IMG/VR virus record: IMGVR_UViG_3300032770_000001
Location: 248,001-312,000 of that record
Strand: one strand, 5' to 3'
Length of the DNA: 64,000 nucleotides
The position numbers and the translations under genes are program-made. The notes under the pieces are model-generated. The model did no database searches and was not told the origin of the DNA. It saw only the letters and a program-made list of their open reading frames with translations. Positions 1 to 9,397 of this stretch are shown here, in pieces (within the stretch, counting starts at the first letter, position 1; the number at the start of each line of letters is the position of its first letter).

Positions 1-184
1 ATTTCGCGGCTCGTCATGCGGCTTTCTTAGCACAGGAACGCCTGAGCAAGGCCGAGCGTGCCATGAACGGGCAGGACAAGAAAGACCCCGAAATGCCGTC
101 CACTCGTGCAGCCGTAGAGCCCGAAGTGGATATGGACGCTTTCGTAGTTGTAAAAACACCCGACAACGAACCCAAGGTCAGCGC

Positions 185-1126
185 ATGAAAATCGAAAGCA
201 AGTTGATTCTCGCAAGCAAATCAGCGGTGACAGGCGTGAACCTGTACACCTTCGTTCTCACCTATCCCCGCGTCATCCTTGCGGAAGTCAACACGCATCG
301 TATGCTGAGCCGCAACACTGCGTCTTCGCGTGCGATTCCTTCAAAGAAACAGAGAGAGCGGGTCTTACAAGACCCGTTTCTCCCTGTCACCATCGGGCAA
401 AACCAGAAGGGGATGCAGGCCGGGGCGGAACTTTCCGGCTGGCGTCGTACTGCCGCCTACAAGACGTGGGAGTACACCCGTTATGTTAACGTCTTCGCCT
501 CCTACTTGCTCGACAAGCTGGGAGCCCACAAGCAGGTGGTCAATCGCATCGTCGAGCCGTGGACGTACACCCAGCAGGTAGTCACCGCGACCGACCTGAA
601 GAATGTATTCAAGCTCCGCAACCACAAGGATGCTGAGCCCCACTTCCAGATCATCGCTAAGCAGATGCAAGAGCAGGTTGAGTACGTCGAGCTTCTGTTT
701 GAAAAAGCTTTGCCGCCTGAGATGTGGAAAGATGACAAGCTGTACCGCCGCCGTCTGGAACTGTATGGGATGCCGAAGGGTATCGGTGTGATCCAAGTGC
801 TTCGCCCCGGTGAGTGGCATCTACCATTCGTCGATGACGATGAACTCTGGCCCGGCCACAACTACGATTTGGCGATCAACTGGGAAGAACTCAAGCAGGT
901 CTCAACCGCCCGTGACGCCCGTGTCAGCTACTTCCTGCCGGAGAACGGGCAACGTTCCGACTACAGCCGTGATCTCGAACTATGCGGTCGCCTGTCCACA
1001 TCCGGGCACATGAGCCCGTTCGAGCACATTGCCACGCCTCTTGAAACTGCCACATATATGGGCAATTTCAAGGGCTGGAAGCAGTACCGCAAAGAATTTG
1101 AGCAGGAGGCTGGCGGCGACCGCTGA
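185..1126 (+). CDS. thyX: FAD-dependent thymidylate synthase (phage type)
   Basis: AEVNTHRMLSRNTASSRAIP resembles the ThyX RHRx7S motif; C-terminal HMSPFEH. Confidence 0.9.
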   Translation: MKIESKLILASKSAVTGVNLYTFVLTYPRVILAEVNTHRMLSRNTASSRAIPSKKQRERVLQDPFLPVTIGQNQKGMQAGAELSGWRRTAAYKTWEYTRYVNVFASYLLDKLGAHKQVVNRIVEPWTYTQQVVTATDLKNVFKLRNHKDAEPHFQIIAKQMQEQVEYVELLFEKALPPEMWKDDKLYRRRLELYGMPKGIGVIQVLRPGEWHLPFVDDDELWPGHNYDLAINWEELKQVSTARDARVSYFLPENGQRSDYSRDLELCGRLSTSGHMSPFEHIATPLETATYMGNFKGWKQYRKEFEQEAGGDR

Positions 1127-1144
1127 GTCGCAGTATTACTCCGT

Positions 1145-1657
1145 ATGGCAACCTTGTTTGTACCGGGGCTTTACCCCACAAAAGACGTTACACCTTCACG
1201 GTGGGATATCTTCTACCTCAAGATGTCCCATCTGGTCTCTCAAATGTCGAAAGACCCCTCGACTCAAACTGGGGCGGTTATTGTCCGCCCGAACAAGTCC
1301 GTGGTGTCGGTCGGCTTCAACGGCTTCCCCAAGGACATGCCGGATAAGCCGGAATACTACGCCGACCGCGAACAAAAATACTCTCGCATCGTGCATTGCG
1401 AGATGAACGCCCTGCTGTTTACGAAAGAGTCGGTGCTGGGTTACACTCTCTACACGTGGCCGTTTGCTTCCTGTGACCGTTGCTGCGTATCCATGCTTCA
1501 GGCTGGGATTACACGTTTCGTCTTTCCGGAACTGCCGGAAGACAAGAAAGAACGCTGGCAGAAGCCCTTGGATTTGACCAAGAAGTACATTGAGGAATGC
1601 AACCACCAGTGGCTTGAGATTGGGCTGAAGGAAATCTATCCTGATGGCACGGTGTAA
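1145..1657 (+). CDS. dCMP deaminase
   Basis: SKDPSTQTGAVIV, GFNG, HCEMNAL and PxxxCxxC zinc motifs; adjacent to thyX. Confidence 0.92.
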   Translation: MATLFVPGLYPTKDVTPSRWDIFYLKMSHLVSQMSKDPSTQTGAVIVRPNKSVVSVGFNGFPKDMPDKPEYYADREQKYSRIVHCEMNALLFTKESVLGYTLYTWPFASCDRCCVSMLQAGITRFVFPELPEDKKERWQKPLDLTKKYIEECNHQWLEIGLKEIYPDGTV

Positions 1658-1753
1658 ACGGCATCGCTTCGACACGTTGATTCGCAGCGCAACACGCCCG
1701 TGGATGTGCGGCAAGTGCGGATACTGGCCCCCAGCCAATAAACAGCCGAAGAA

Positions 1754-2206
1754 ATGATTAAGAACTACCCCAACCACCGCTGGCAGGATGTCTACCGCCA
1801 TGGACGCATCTACAGGGAATGGTACCGCTTAAAGCCGGAATACGGCGAGAAATTGCACCTGACGCGGGCGGACGTTTCCAAGGGGCGGGCATTCTTCGAC
1901 ACCTTCCAGTTCTGGATTAACCTCAAGCCTTGGAATGGGTTCCGCAATAAAGCAGGAGAACGGCACGCCAATACTATGGTCGCTCTGCCGTTATGGTACC
2001 GTTCTAAGTACGATTACCACGATTTCGGACAGCACCGCTGGGAGATTGAAATTTGCTTCCTGAATGTGCTATATATACAGTGGCACCGAAATCGGGATTT
2101 AGATACCAAGGTCGCCCTGCGATTCAAGAAAATTTTTGGAAGGGATGTACACCCGTATGCCAGAGTCCAAACCGAAGCGGAAGCAAGACAAGCAGCGTCC
2201 GTATAG
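1754..2206 (+). CDS. hypothetical protein
   Basis: 150-aa ORF in gene orientation. Confidence 0.6.
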   Translation: MIKNYPNHRWQDVYRHGRIYREWYRLKPEYGEKLHLTRADVSKGRAFFDTFQFWINLKPWNGFRNKAGERHANTMVALPLWYRSKYDYHDFGQHRWEIEICFLNVLYIQWHRNRDLDTKVALRFKKIFGRDVHPYARVQTEAEARQAASV

Positions 2207-3224
2207 AATCGACTACTTCATTCACGATGAGATGTTGAAGGATCGGGCGCTCGTCCGTTCTATTGTCATCCGCGATGTTACTGCCGATGACGCGGAGCAG
2301 AAGTTGGCTCAGCATCTCGGTTTCGACCGCACGTTCACCGTCATCCGCTCCTACCGCTTCTACAAGAAGCTGACAGCCGAACCCAAGAAGAAAGTCTACA
2401 AAGCAGTTGATGAACTGCTGTCGGCGAAGAAGGCCATTGAAGTCATGACGGAGATCGAGAATCGCAAGGCTCCAATTGTCATTCGCCCCGAAGACCTGCA
2501 AAAGGAAGAGCGCGTTGCCAAAGTCATGGACGCAATCGCTGCTGTTGATCCAACCACGCTGCCTCCCGATCATCCGGAACATGTCTGCTCTGACGAGTGT
2601 TACGACATCGTGGAAGTCGCACCCAAGGACGTGAAACTGCCTGCTGAATATTTTGACACGTCCGATTGTTCTGCTGGTCGTCCGGCACCCATGCCAACGG
2701 CTCCAACGGGAACTTGTGAGGCAACTGCCGCCGCGATCAAGCTGCTATCCACGCTGAACGCCTGCAAGTGGCATGGCGAAAAGTACGTCGATCAGGATAC
2801 GGGTCGATGCACCGCTCTCGACTCCGGTTCTGAGTACCTGAAAACCCTGTACAGTGCGAACTTCTATCCGACGAAGGCGTTGCCGAAAGAGACGGAAGTC
2901 CGCACGGCATTCGGCGGCCCGGTTGAACATTACGCGGCAGCCGAAGCCGCCGCACTGTCTTTTCCAGATAAACCAGTGGTGCCGACGCAGCCTGCTGTGT
3001 TCGATGACAACGATCTGGCTGCCAAGCTGGACGAACTTGCGCCAATTATCCATCCTCCGGCAAAGACGGAATCGCCGTTCGAGGTTGGTTCCGAGTTTCC
3101 GGCTGAGGAAGTTGTGCAAGAAGTTTTGACGGGTCACAAGAAGGGTGCCCTGTTTGCGGCTGGGGCGGCGATCATCGCGATCCTCGGCTGCGTGTACGTT
3201 TACCTTCACTATTTCGCGAGGTAG
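2136..3224 (+). CDS. hypothetical protein with C-terminal membrane anchor (start uncertain)
   Basis: long ORF, Pro/Ala-rich middle, terminal hydrophobic helix ALFAAGAAIIAILGCVYVYL. Confidence 0.7.
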   Translation: MEGMYTRMPESKPKRKQDKQRPYRIDYFIHDEMLKDRALVRSIVIRDVTADDAEQKLAQHLGFDRTFTVIRSYRFYKKLTAEPKKKVYKAVDELLSAKKAIEVMTEIENRKAPIVIRPEDLQKEERVAKVMDAIAAVDPTTLPPDHPEHVCSDECYDIVEVAPKDVKLPAEYFDTSDCSAGRPAPMPTAPTGTCEATAAAIKLLSTLNACKWHGEKYVDQDTGRCTALDSGSEYLKTLYSANFYPTKALPKETEVRTAFGGPVEHYAAAEAAALSFPDKPVVPTQPAVFDDNDLAAKLDELAPIIHPPAKTESPFEVGSEFPAEEVVQEVLTGHKKGALFAAGAAIIAILGCVYVYLHYFAR

Positions 3225-3301
3225 GCATGTTGGGTGACGATTGCAAGAACCCGCAAGGCCGACACGGGCGAAGTTACTAGCCAAAAGGTCCTAGTCGGCA
3301 A

Positions 3302-3514
3302 ATGATCTACCCACCAGCCAACGCAGAATTGCGTGACTGTCCAAAGTGTCGCGGCAAAGAAACCGTCTGGGCTCGGACAGTCACGATCTGTGGCATGGCG
3401 TTCAGTTACAAAGCGTGGTGCTGCTCCGAACTGGACTGTGATTATGAAGAGCCCTTGAAGCACACCCATCTACCCGGTACTCGCGACGATTCTTGTCCAG
3501 CTTGTGATCTTTAG
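3302..3514 (+). CDS. small Cys-rich (zinc-ribbon-like) protein
   Basis: CPKC, CCxxxxC and CPAC. Confidence 0.5.
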   Translation: MIYPPANAELRDCPKCRGKETVWARTVTICGMAFSYKAWCCSELDCDYEEPLKHTHLPGTRDDSCPACDL

Positions 3515-3532
3515 ACTATTCGCCCCTCTTAG

Positions 3533-4081
3533 GTGAGGGGTGATGTGAATTACTACATCGTCGAAGCGTCCCACCTATTCCGGGCTGGGGACAAATTCCA
3601 AACACAATTTTTCGTTGTGGACGTTGTTGGCTTTCTGAACCGAGAGTATTTCGATTCCAGAGAGTCTAAAACAATTGTTCTCCACGGCTCCGTAAAAGCG
3701 GAGCAGGCGGACCGTTACGCCGCCGCGTTAGAGCGCCATGATGTGCGGGTCATCCGCATGAAACCGATTGCCAGTATGACGGGCAACGGTAAGTGGTATT
3801 TCAAACCGACTTGGTACTGCCACAGGATGATGGGTACCGATATTCCGAAAGGAAATCGGGTTGTACTTGTGGGTTTTCATAACCCGCGCTACAAAACCTT
3901 CATCGAAAAGTACGTGAAGGATTTTGAAATTTCAATGGCTGCGTTCAAAACCCCGTCGAAAAAGCAGGGCTGGATGTCCATTCCGGAAGATTTCAAGCCT
4001 CTTCTCAAGCACGCCATCGATCTCGACGAATGCGCTGCCAAAATCAAGGCGGAATTCCGCCGCAATCGCAGTAGTAAATAG
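3533..4081 (+). CDS. hypothetical protein, possibly a degenerate NYN/LabA-like fold
   Basis: alternating alpha/beta pattern; catalytic acidic residues not clearly present. Confidence 0.45.
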   Translation: MRGDVNYYIVEASHLFRAGDKFQTQFFVVDVVGFLNREYFDSRESKTIVLHGSVKAEQADRYAAALERHDVRVIRMKPIASMTGNGKWYFKPTWYCHRMMGTDIPKGNRVVLVGFHNPRYKTFIEKYVKDFEISMAAFKTPSKKQGWMSIPEDFKPLLKHAIDLDECAAKIKAEFRRNRSSK

Positions 4082-4199
4082 TGGGGCGGCTCCGAGCCTA
4101 AAGTCTCGATAGGAGCTAGTGACTCCCCTGACTGTTGATGTCTGGCTCATCGATTGGTCGGGAGAGAATGCAACTCGGAGCCGTTCTACTGAGGATTGA

Positions 4200-4592
4200 A
4201 TGCCACTTACACGCAAAGAAATGTTAGAGAAGTTCCCGCTGCTGGACATGTACCAGAGCCTCTCTGGTGAAACTGCCGTCTATGACGGTCAAGGTGAATT
4301 CCAAGGTTTGTGCTACTGCCTGTTCAAACTGGGCGGCGAGGCTGGCGAAGTCTTGGAGAAAATGGGCAAGTTGCTCCGTGATCGTGGTGTCCGCTGGAAC
4401 TCCGATCCAAAAAGCTGGCCTGACGATGTCCAAGAGGCGCTCAAGAAAGAACTGGGTGACGTGCTTTGGTATGTTGCCGGGGTCGCCCGTGAACTTGGTT
4501 TCTCACTGCAATCGGTCGCCGAATGCAATCTGGAAAAACTTGAAGACCGTGAGAAACGTGGTAAGATTCACGGTAGCGGGGACAATCGTTGA
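4200..4592 (+). CDS. MazG-like NTP pyrophosphohydrolase
   Basis: LGGEAGEVLEK...KELGDVLWYVA...NLEKLEDR. Confidence 0.9.
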   Translation: MPLTRKEMLEKFPLLDMYQSLSGETAVYDGQGEFQGLCYCLFKLGGEAGEVLEKMGKLLRDRGVRWNSDPKSWPDDVQEALKKELGDVLWYVAGVARELGFSLQSVAECNLEKLEDREKRGKIHGSGDNR

Positions 4593-5113
4593 TAACCTGC
4601 GTCACAGCGCCGAGCCGGAGCGGAACTAGCCTGACCATGCAGATGTTGCTGGCGGCTGGCTATCCTTTGGCTTGGAACGGACTTCCGAATCGCAATAAAT
4701 GGAATGAGCGCGGTTTCTACGAAATGGATTGGAATAAGGGCACACTCGCCGAGTGCGAGGGTAAAGCGGTGAAAGTCATGCCGTTCGATCTCTACCGCCT
4801 GACGCCGGATCACGAGTATCGGTTCATCACGATTCTGCGGAATATCGCCTGTATTGAGGCGTCGATGGAGCACACGGTGCAGTGGCGCGGTAAGGAAATG
4901 TTCGACGCTCATCATGCCTCGGACTGGCAGGCACGCACGCTGGACTTTATCAAGGATTATTCGCGTGTCATCGTCGAATTCAGTGACCTTTTCAACGGCA
5001 AAGCGCAGCAGCAGATTGGAGAATTCTTGGGGTTCGATGAATTACAGATTGCGAAAATGAACGACTGCGTGGACCCAAGTATGTGGCACTTCAAGCCGGG
5101 GGAAAACCAATGA
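4589..5113 (+). CDS. sulfotransferase-family P-loop protein
   Basis: N-terminal SRSGTSLTMQML PAPS-binding-like loop and NxRGFYE. Confidence 0.75.
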   Translation: MITCVTAPSRSGTSLTMQMLLAAGYPLAWNGLPNRNKWNERGFYEMDWNKGTLAECEGKAVKVMPFDLYRLTPDHEYRFITILRNIACIEASMEHTVQWRGKEMFDAHHASDWQARTLDFIKDYSRVIVEFSDLFNGKAQQQIGEFLGFDELQIAKMNDCVDPSMWHFKPGENQ

Positions 5114-5363
5114 GATGCCTGCGCTGCGTTCGCGAGAATTTGAAGAATCAGCAGATCACCCTCAGCGTTGTTCAGATGGCGGTTGATGGGGCCAGAACGG
5201 GCGTGGTTGTCCGTAACGGAGAGTCCATCTGCACCGAGCATTTGTACAACATCGTCATCGAAGAGGCGATTCCGGTACAGTTCAAATAATTCCATTTTTC
5301 ATGGGATTTTCGACTGCTACCGCAAATTTCATCTCTCCGACTCTTAATTAGAGGGCATCGATA

Positions 5364-6005
5364 GTGAACACGGAATACATCGAAACTACCGAGGAACAAC
5401 TACTCGGACTTCGCGACAGCCTTGACTTGCTGGGGCAGCTTAATCGCGACAAGATCAGAGAATTGGACATCTATCTGTATGGCACGACCACGGATCGTGG
5501 TCTAGTCGATGCCGCCAAGGAAGCCATTGCCGACAGTTCCTATGAAGTCGAAATCACCGAAGAAGACGTAAACCTGACTGAGATTGCGGTCGCCATTCCG
5601 ATCTCCGGTGACACCATCTACGCCCTGACTGGGTCTGGTTTTCGTGTAGATCGCCACATCAGTTTTGCTTACCAAAGCGAGGGTGAAGGACCGAGAGACT
5701 TGAACTACGGTGCCTCATCCTATCGTCCGAATATTAGTTTTTCAGTCCTCAAAAATCCTGCTCTCGCCGATTCAGACTTGAATCTCGGCGAGTACCTGAA
5801 GCAGTACGGAACCGGGGGAGCCGCGCAAATCAAACCAAAGGTCAGACGGACAGAAGAAGCCACGCAACCGGGCATACCCGCCCCTGCGCAGGCTCCGGAG
5901 ACTCCGGCACAGGCTCCCCCAGCAACTCCCGCCCCGGCACCGCAGGGGCAGCCGAAGCGAACCTCGGTGAACATCCCCTACTTGGTAGAGAAGTTCCTTG
6001 GTTAA
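5364..6005 (+). CDS. hypothetical protein with Pro/Ala/Gln-rich tail
   Basis: 213-aa ORF with GAGGG upstream. Confidence 0.65.
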   Translation: MNTEYIETTEEQLLGLRDSLDLLGQLNRDKIRELDIYLYGTTTDRGLVDAAKEAIADSSYEVEITEEDVNLTEIAVAIPISGDTIYALTGSGFRVDRHISFAYQSEGEGPRDLNYGASSYRPNISFSVLKNPALADSDLNLGEYLKQYGTGGAAQIKPKVRRTEEATQPGIPAPAQAPETPAQAPPATPAPAPQGQPKRTSVNIPYLVEKFLG

Positions 6006-6354
6006 AACCGAGCCCAAACCCGAAACGGTACGTAAGGAAAAGCTGGTCGCACCGCCGCTCACCGCCGCCAAGAAAGCGAACTACCTAAAAGTGCGGCTCT
6101 CCTATCTGACACCGGAACCAAAACACATCCGTTCGGTCGCACTGGAGCAGCAATGCCGTATCAAGCCGCCGTTTCTTGAGGACGTGTGCGTTTTGATGCC
6201 ACGGCTGAAAGTCTTCACGATCCTCGAAACCTATATGCCGATTTTCGAGAAATTGCAGGCTGCTGGAATTGTCTCAAATCAGGCTAACCTACAGAGTTTT
6301 AAGGTTTTAGAGGAAGATACCACCACCCTCGCCTACATCTTCAAAAAATCCTAG
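5998..6354 (+). CDS. hypothetical protein
   Basis: ORF overlapping the upstream stop. Confidence 0.55.
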   Translation: MVKTEPKPETVRKEKLVAPPLTAAKKANYLKVRLSYLTPEPKHIRSVALEQQCRIKPPFLEDVCVLMPRLKVFTILETYMPIFEKLQAAGIVSNQANLQSFKVLEEDTTTLAYIFKKS

Positions 6355-6381
6355 CCAAACCACCGCTCGTTGTTGTAGAAT
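6352..6381 (+). promoter_or_regulatory. phage promoter class TAnCCA-N18-TAGAAT
   Basis: TAGCCA 6352-6357 and TAGAAT 6376-6381; same spacing at five other sites. Confidence 0.65.
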
Positions 6382-6416
6382 AGCCCCTGATTCGCATTTT
6401 CGCGATTGGGGGAAAC

Positions 6417-6851
6417 ATGAAACGAACCGCGTTGATTTTCCTGATTGTGGGGTTATTCGCAGCCGCCGCGCACGCCGCGACTGTTCACGTGCTCATTCCG
6501 AACTACGACAGCTACAGCCAAGGCATGATCTGCGTCGTCGATCAAGAGTACAACTCCCAGTTCGAGAACCTAATCCATGCCAGCGATTTCAGCGTCAGTC
6601 GCACCAACAAGAACTCTGCGCTCACCTTGATGGGCTTTTTCAAAGATGTCGATTTGAATGCCTGCTATGTTCCGAAGGGAACCTCGCAGCATGTCGATGT
6701 GCCGAACGCTGAGACGGTCTATGTCGTGACTATCGTGATGAAGGTCGCAAACGGAGCGGCGACTAACGTGTACTGGAACATCACCAACCTGAACACTGTC
6801 GGCATTGTCGGCGATAATCAGTACGTGACCGTGGACGCCCCGGCGCTATAG
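6417..6851 (+). CDS. secreted hypothetical protein
   Basis: Sec signal MKRTALIFLIVGLFAAAAHA. Confidence 0.75.
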   Translation: MKRTALIFLIVGLFAAAAHAATVHVLIPNYDSYSQGMICVVDQEYNSQFENLIHASDFSVSRTNKNSALTLMGFFKDVDLNACYVPKGTSQHVDVPNAETVYVVTIVMKVANGAATNVYWNITNLNTVGIVGDNQYVTVDAPAL

Positions 6852-6858
6852 GAGCCTT

Positions 6859-7314
6859 ATGAAATCGTTTTCGGTACTCACCCTGATGTTCGTTTTGTCC
6901 TTGGCGGCTGTGGCGCAGATGCCTCAGCTACTCCCCCCGCCTCCCCCCGTGGTGCCTTCGGCTCCGGTAGTGACGCCTCCTCCCGCAATGATTCCAGCAT
7001 CGCCCAACAACCCGGCTGCCGTTTATCCCCCGGACAACGTCATCGTGGTCACCGTGAAGCTGTTTGACTCGGATAACTACTGGTACGGTTCACAGTTCGA
7101 GTTGACGAGCACGGTGAATACGGACATCTGCGTGATGCCGTATGTGGTGCCCGGTTCTGCAAGCAACGTCATCGGTTCTGTGGTCCAGATGATGCCGATG
7201 AAGGCATTCGAGAAAAACGTAAACATCGGGCAGTACAAGACGGCTGATGAAAATCAACCGTGGAGAGTCATCGTGAAAGCGAAATGGCGCAAAGGCAACT
7301 GCGCCGACAAATAG
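6859..7314 (+). CDS. secreted Pro-rich hypothetical protein
   Basis: signal peptide ending AVA-Q; poly-Pro linker; AGGAG RBS. Confidence 0.75.
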   Translation: MKSFSVLTLMFVLSLAAVAQMPQLLPPPPPVVPSAPVVTPPPAMIPASPNNPAAVYPPDNVIVVTVKLFDSDNYWYGSQFELTSTVNTDICVMPYVVPGSASNVIGSVVQMMPMKAFEKNVNIGQYKTADENQPWRVIVKAKWRKGNCADK

Positions 7315-7322
7315 GAGAATTC

Positions 7323-7961
7323 ATGAAACGCACATTGATTATTGTTCTGCTCCTGCTGACTGCCAGCATTGCATGGGGTCAGACCATCGGCGATCAAATC
7401 AACGATCTGACCAAGCAACTCCAAGATGCTCAAGCCGCGTCAGAAAGCAACGGCGCAAAGATCAAGAAGCAAGCCGCCAAGCTGGACGACATCAAATTCG
7501 CTGCTGAGGCATACAAGAAGCAGAGCGCCCGTTTGCAGAACGACATCAACGATCTCAACATGCGAATTCAGCAGCACAATAACAACCGCTGCACCGAAAC
7601 CTGCGATCAAAATGGCGGCAACTGCACGCACAACTGTGGTGCGTACAACGCGGAATCGGCGTCCCTCAACAACGAAGCGGCCTCGTTGCAGCAACAAGGG
7701 CAGCAACTCGATCAGATTCAGCAGACCGTTACTCAGCAATCACAGGAGTGGGTTGCGGAGACGAAAGAATTGCTGGCGGAAAATGATCGCCTGAACGCGC
7801 TCATCGCCAACATCCAATCGCGACTCGCTGACCTACGCGGTCAGTACGATCAGTGTCGGGGTTCCATTCCGGTGACGTGTGACGCTCCGAACGATCCAAT
7901 CCTCAACGAGAAGTGTGAGAAAATGCACGCTTCTTGTGGTCGGCTGTTCGACGGAAACTAA
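7323..7961 (+). CDS. secreted coiled-coil, Cys-containing protein
   Basis: AGGAG RBS before ATG 7323; signal MKRTLIIVLLLLTASIAWG; Gln/Asn-rich coiled coil with Cys clusters. Confidence 0.75.
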   Translation: MKRTLIIVLLLLTASIAWGQTIGDQINDLTKQLQDAQAASESNGAKIKKQAAKLDDIKFAAEAYKKQSARLQNDINDLNMRIQQHNNNRCTETCDQNGGNCTHNCGAYNAESASLNNEAASLQQQGQQLDQIQQTVTQQSQEWVAETKELLAENDRLNALIANIQSRLADLRGQYDQCRGSIPVTCDAPNDPILNEKCEKMHASCGRLFDGN

Positions 7962-8085
7962 TGCGAAAACTCGACAACAATTTTACGGCAGCGGTACGGC
8001 GACTATGGCCTATTGGGATCGTTTTCGCCATCGTCCTTGGCGTGATAGTATCGTTTGCAGTGGCTTGGAGCCGCTAGGAGAAAAC

Positions 8086-8259
8086 ATGAAATTCATTCGC
8101 AACGTCGGATGGTGTATGTTCTTCATCGGGATCGGCTGGTCGATTCGCAGCTTTTCCGATCCTAGCTACAACCTCGGTGCGGCAGTGATGGGCGGTCTTT
8201 TCGGCTTGGCTATCGCTCTCGGCTCCAACTACGTTATCAACAAACGAGCGGCAAAATAA
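8086..8259 (+). CDS. small two-TM membrane protein
   Basis: AGGAG RBS and two hydrophobic segments. Confidence 0.6.
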   Translation: MKFIRNVGWCMFFIGIGWSIRSFSDPSYNLGAAVMGGLFGLAIALGSNYVINKRAAK

Positions 8260-9080
8260 TGTCTAACAGGCCAAAGAACGATGCTCTCGGCGACCGGATG
8301 AAGCGGTACGAAGACGTTTATCGTTTCCGTCTCCCCCGTCGCACTTACACCATTGTTCGAGTTGATGGTCGTGCGTTCCACACGTGGACGAAAAGATTGC
8401 AGCGCCCATACGATCTCGAACTGATCGATTGCATGAACGCAGCCGCCCTTGCCCTCTGCGAAGAAGTTGCCGGAGCCCGGTTCGCCTATGTGCAGTCCGA
8501 TGAGATCAGTCTGCTGGCGACCGACTTCGACCTCACGACCACACAGCCGTGGTTTGATGGTATCGTGCAGAAGTGGTGCAGCGTAGCGGCATCTATCGCG
8601 ACGATGGCATTCAACGAAAAGGTGAGACACTACCGTAACTGCGTTGATGGTTCGATGCTCATTAGCAAAAAAGAACCCAACGCAACGTTTGATGCTCGTG
8701 TGTTCACCATTCCTGACCACGTGGAAGTGGCGAACTATTTCGTCTGGCGGCAGCAGGACGCTGAGCGCAATTCGGTCGCGATGTTGGCGCAGCATTATGC
8801 CAGCCATAAAGAACTGCATGGCAAGGGCCGGGAAGAGCAGCATGAGGTCATCTATAAATACGGCGATAACTGGGCAAAGCACCCCGTTCGTTTTAAGCAC
8901 GGTGCAGTTGTACGTCGTCATGTTGAATCTCTCTACTCAACGACCGCTTTCTCAGGTGGGTGGGCGGTTGATGATGCAACGCCGAAGTTTACGCGCAAGC
9001 GTGCGTACCTTGAGAACCTGATCCCTATTGCATGGGAAGGCGATTTGATTGAGCGCAAAGCCAAAGCGGAGGGTGTATGA
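8259..9080 (+). CDS. Thg1-like protein (tRNA-His guanylyltransferase / 3'-5' polymerase)
   Basis: VRVDGRAFH, YVQSDEISL, FDARVF, YFVWRQQDAERNS. Confidence 0.93.
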   Translation: MSNRPKNDALGDRMKRYEDVYRFRLPRRTYTIVRVDGRAFHTWTKRLQRPYDLELIDCMNAAALALCEEVAGARFAYVQSDEISLLATDFDLTTTQPWFDGIVQKWCSVAASIATMAFNEKVRHYRNCVDGSMLISKKEPNATFDARVFTIPDHVEVANYFVWRQQDAERNSVAMLAQHYASHKELHGKGREEQHEVIYKYGDNWAKHPVRFKHGAVVRRHVESLYSTTAFSGGWAVDDATPKFTRKRAYLENLIPIAWEGDLIERKAKAEGV

Positions 9081-9397
9081 AGAACGGAACACTTCGTCAG
9101 GTGAAAGTCAACGACCGTACCTACAAGTACCGCGTCGTCAGCGAACTGTCTACCGAAGTCACTATGCCGGATGGCAAGACCATCACCGCAACCAATTGGG
9201 ATGTCAAAGGGGTGCGGGAAGCGTTCTATCGCGACGAGTACCTCAACCCGGAGATTCATTACAATCTGCCGAAGGGGGATGAAGTCGTGGAGTTCGGCAT
9301 TCGTCCGGCAGACGTGACGCGGTTCATCACCGATGGCATCGAACGCAACCCGGATTTGTTCGATCCTATCGAAATCGCCGAGGGAGCCAATGCTTAA
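9077..9397 (+). CDS. hypothetical protein
   Basis: GGAGG RBS; ATGA overlap. Confidence 0.65.
   Translation: MKNGTLRQVKVNDRTYKYRVVSELSTEVTMPDGKTITATNWDVKGVREAFYRDEYLNPEIHYNLPKGDEVVEFGIRPADVTRFITDGIERNPDLFDPIEIAEGANA

Noticed and set aside
5865-5950. PAPAQAPETPAQAPPATPAPAP repeat
   Set aside because: Ordinary low-complexity protein linker, not a DNA repeat element.
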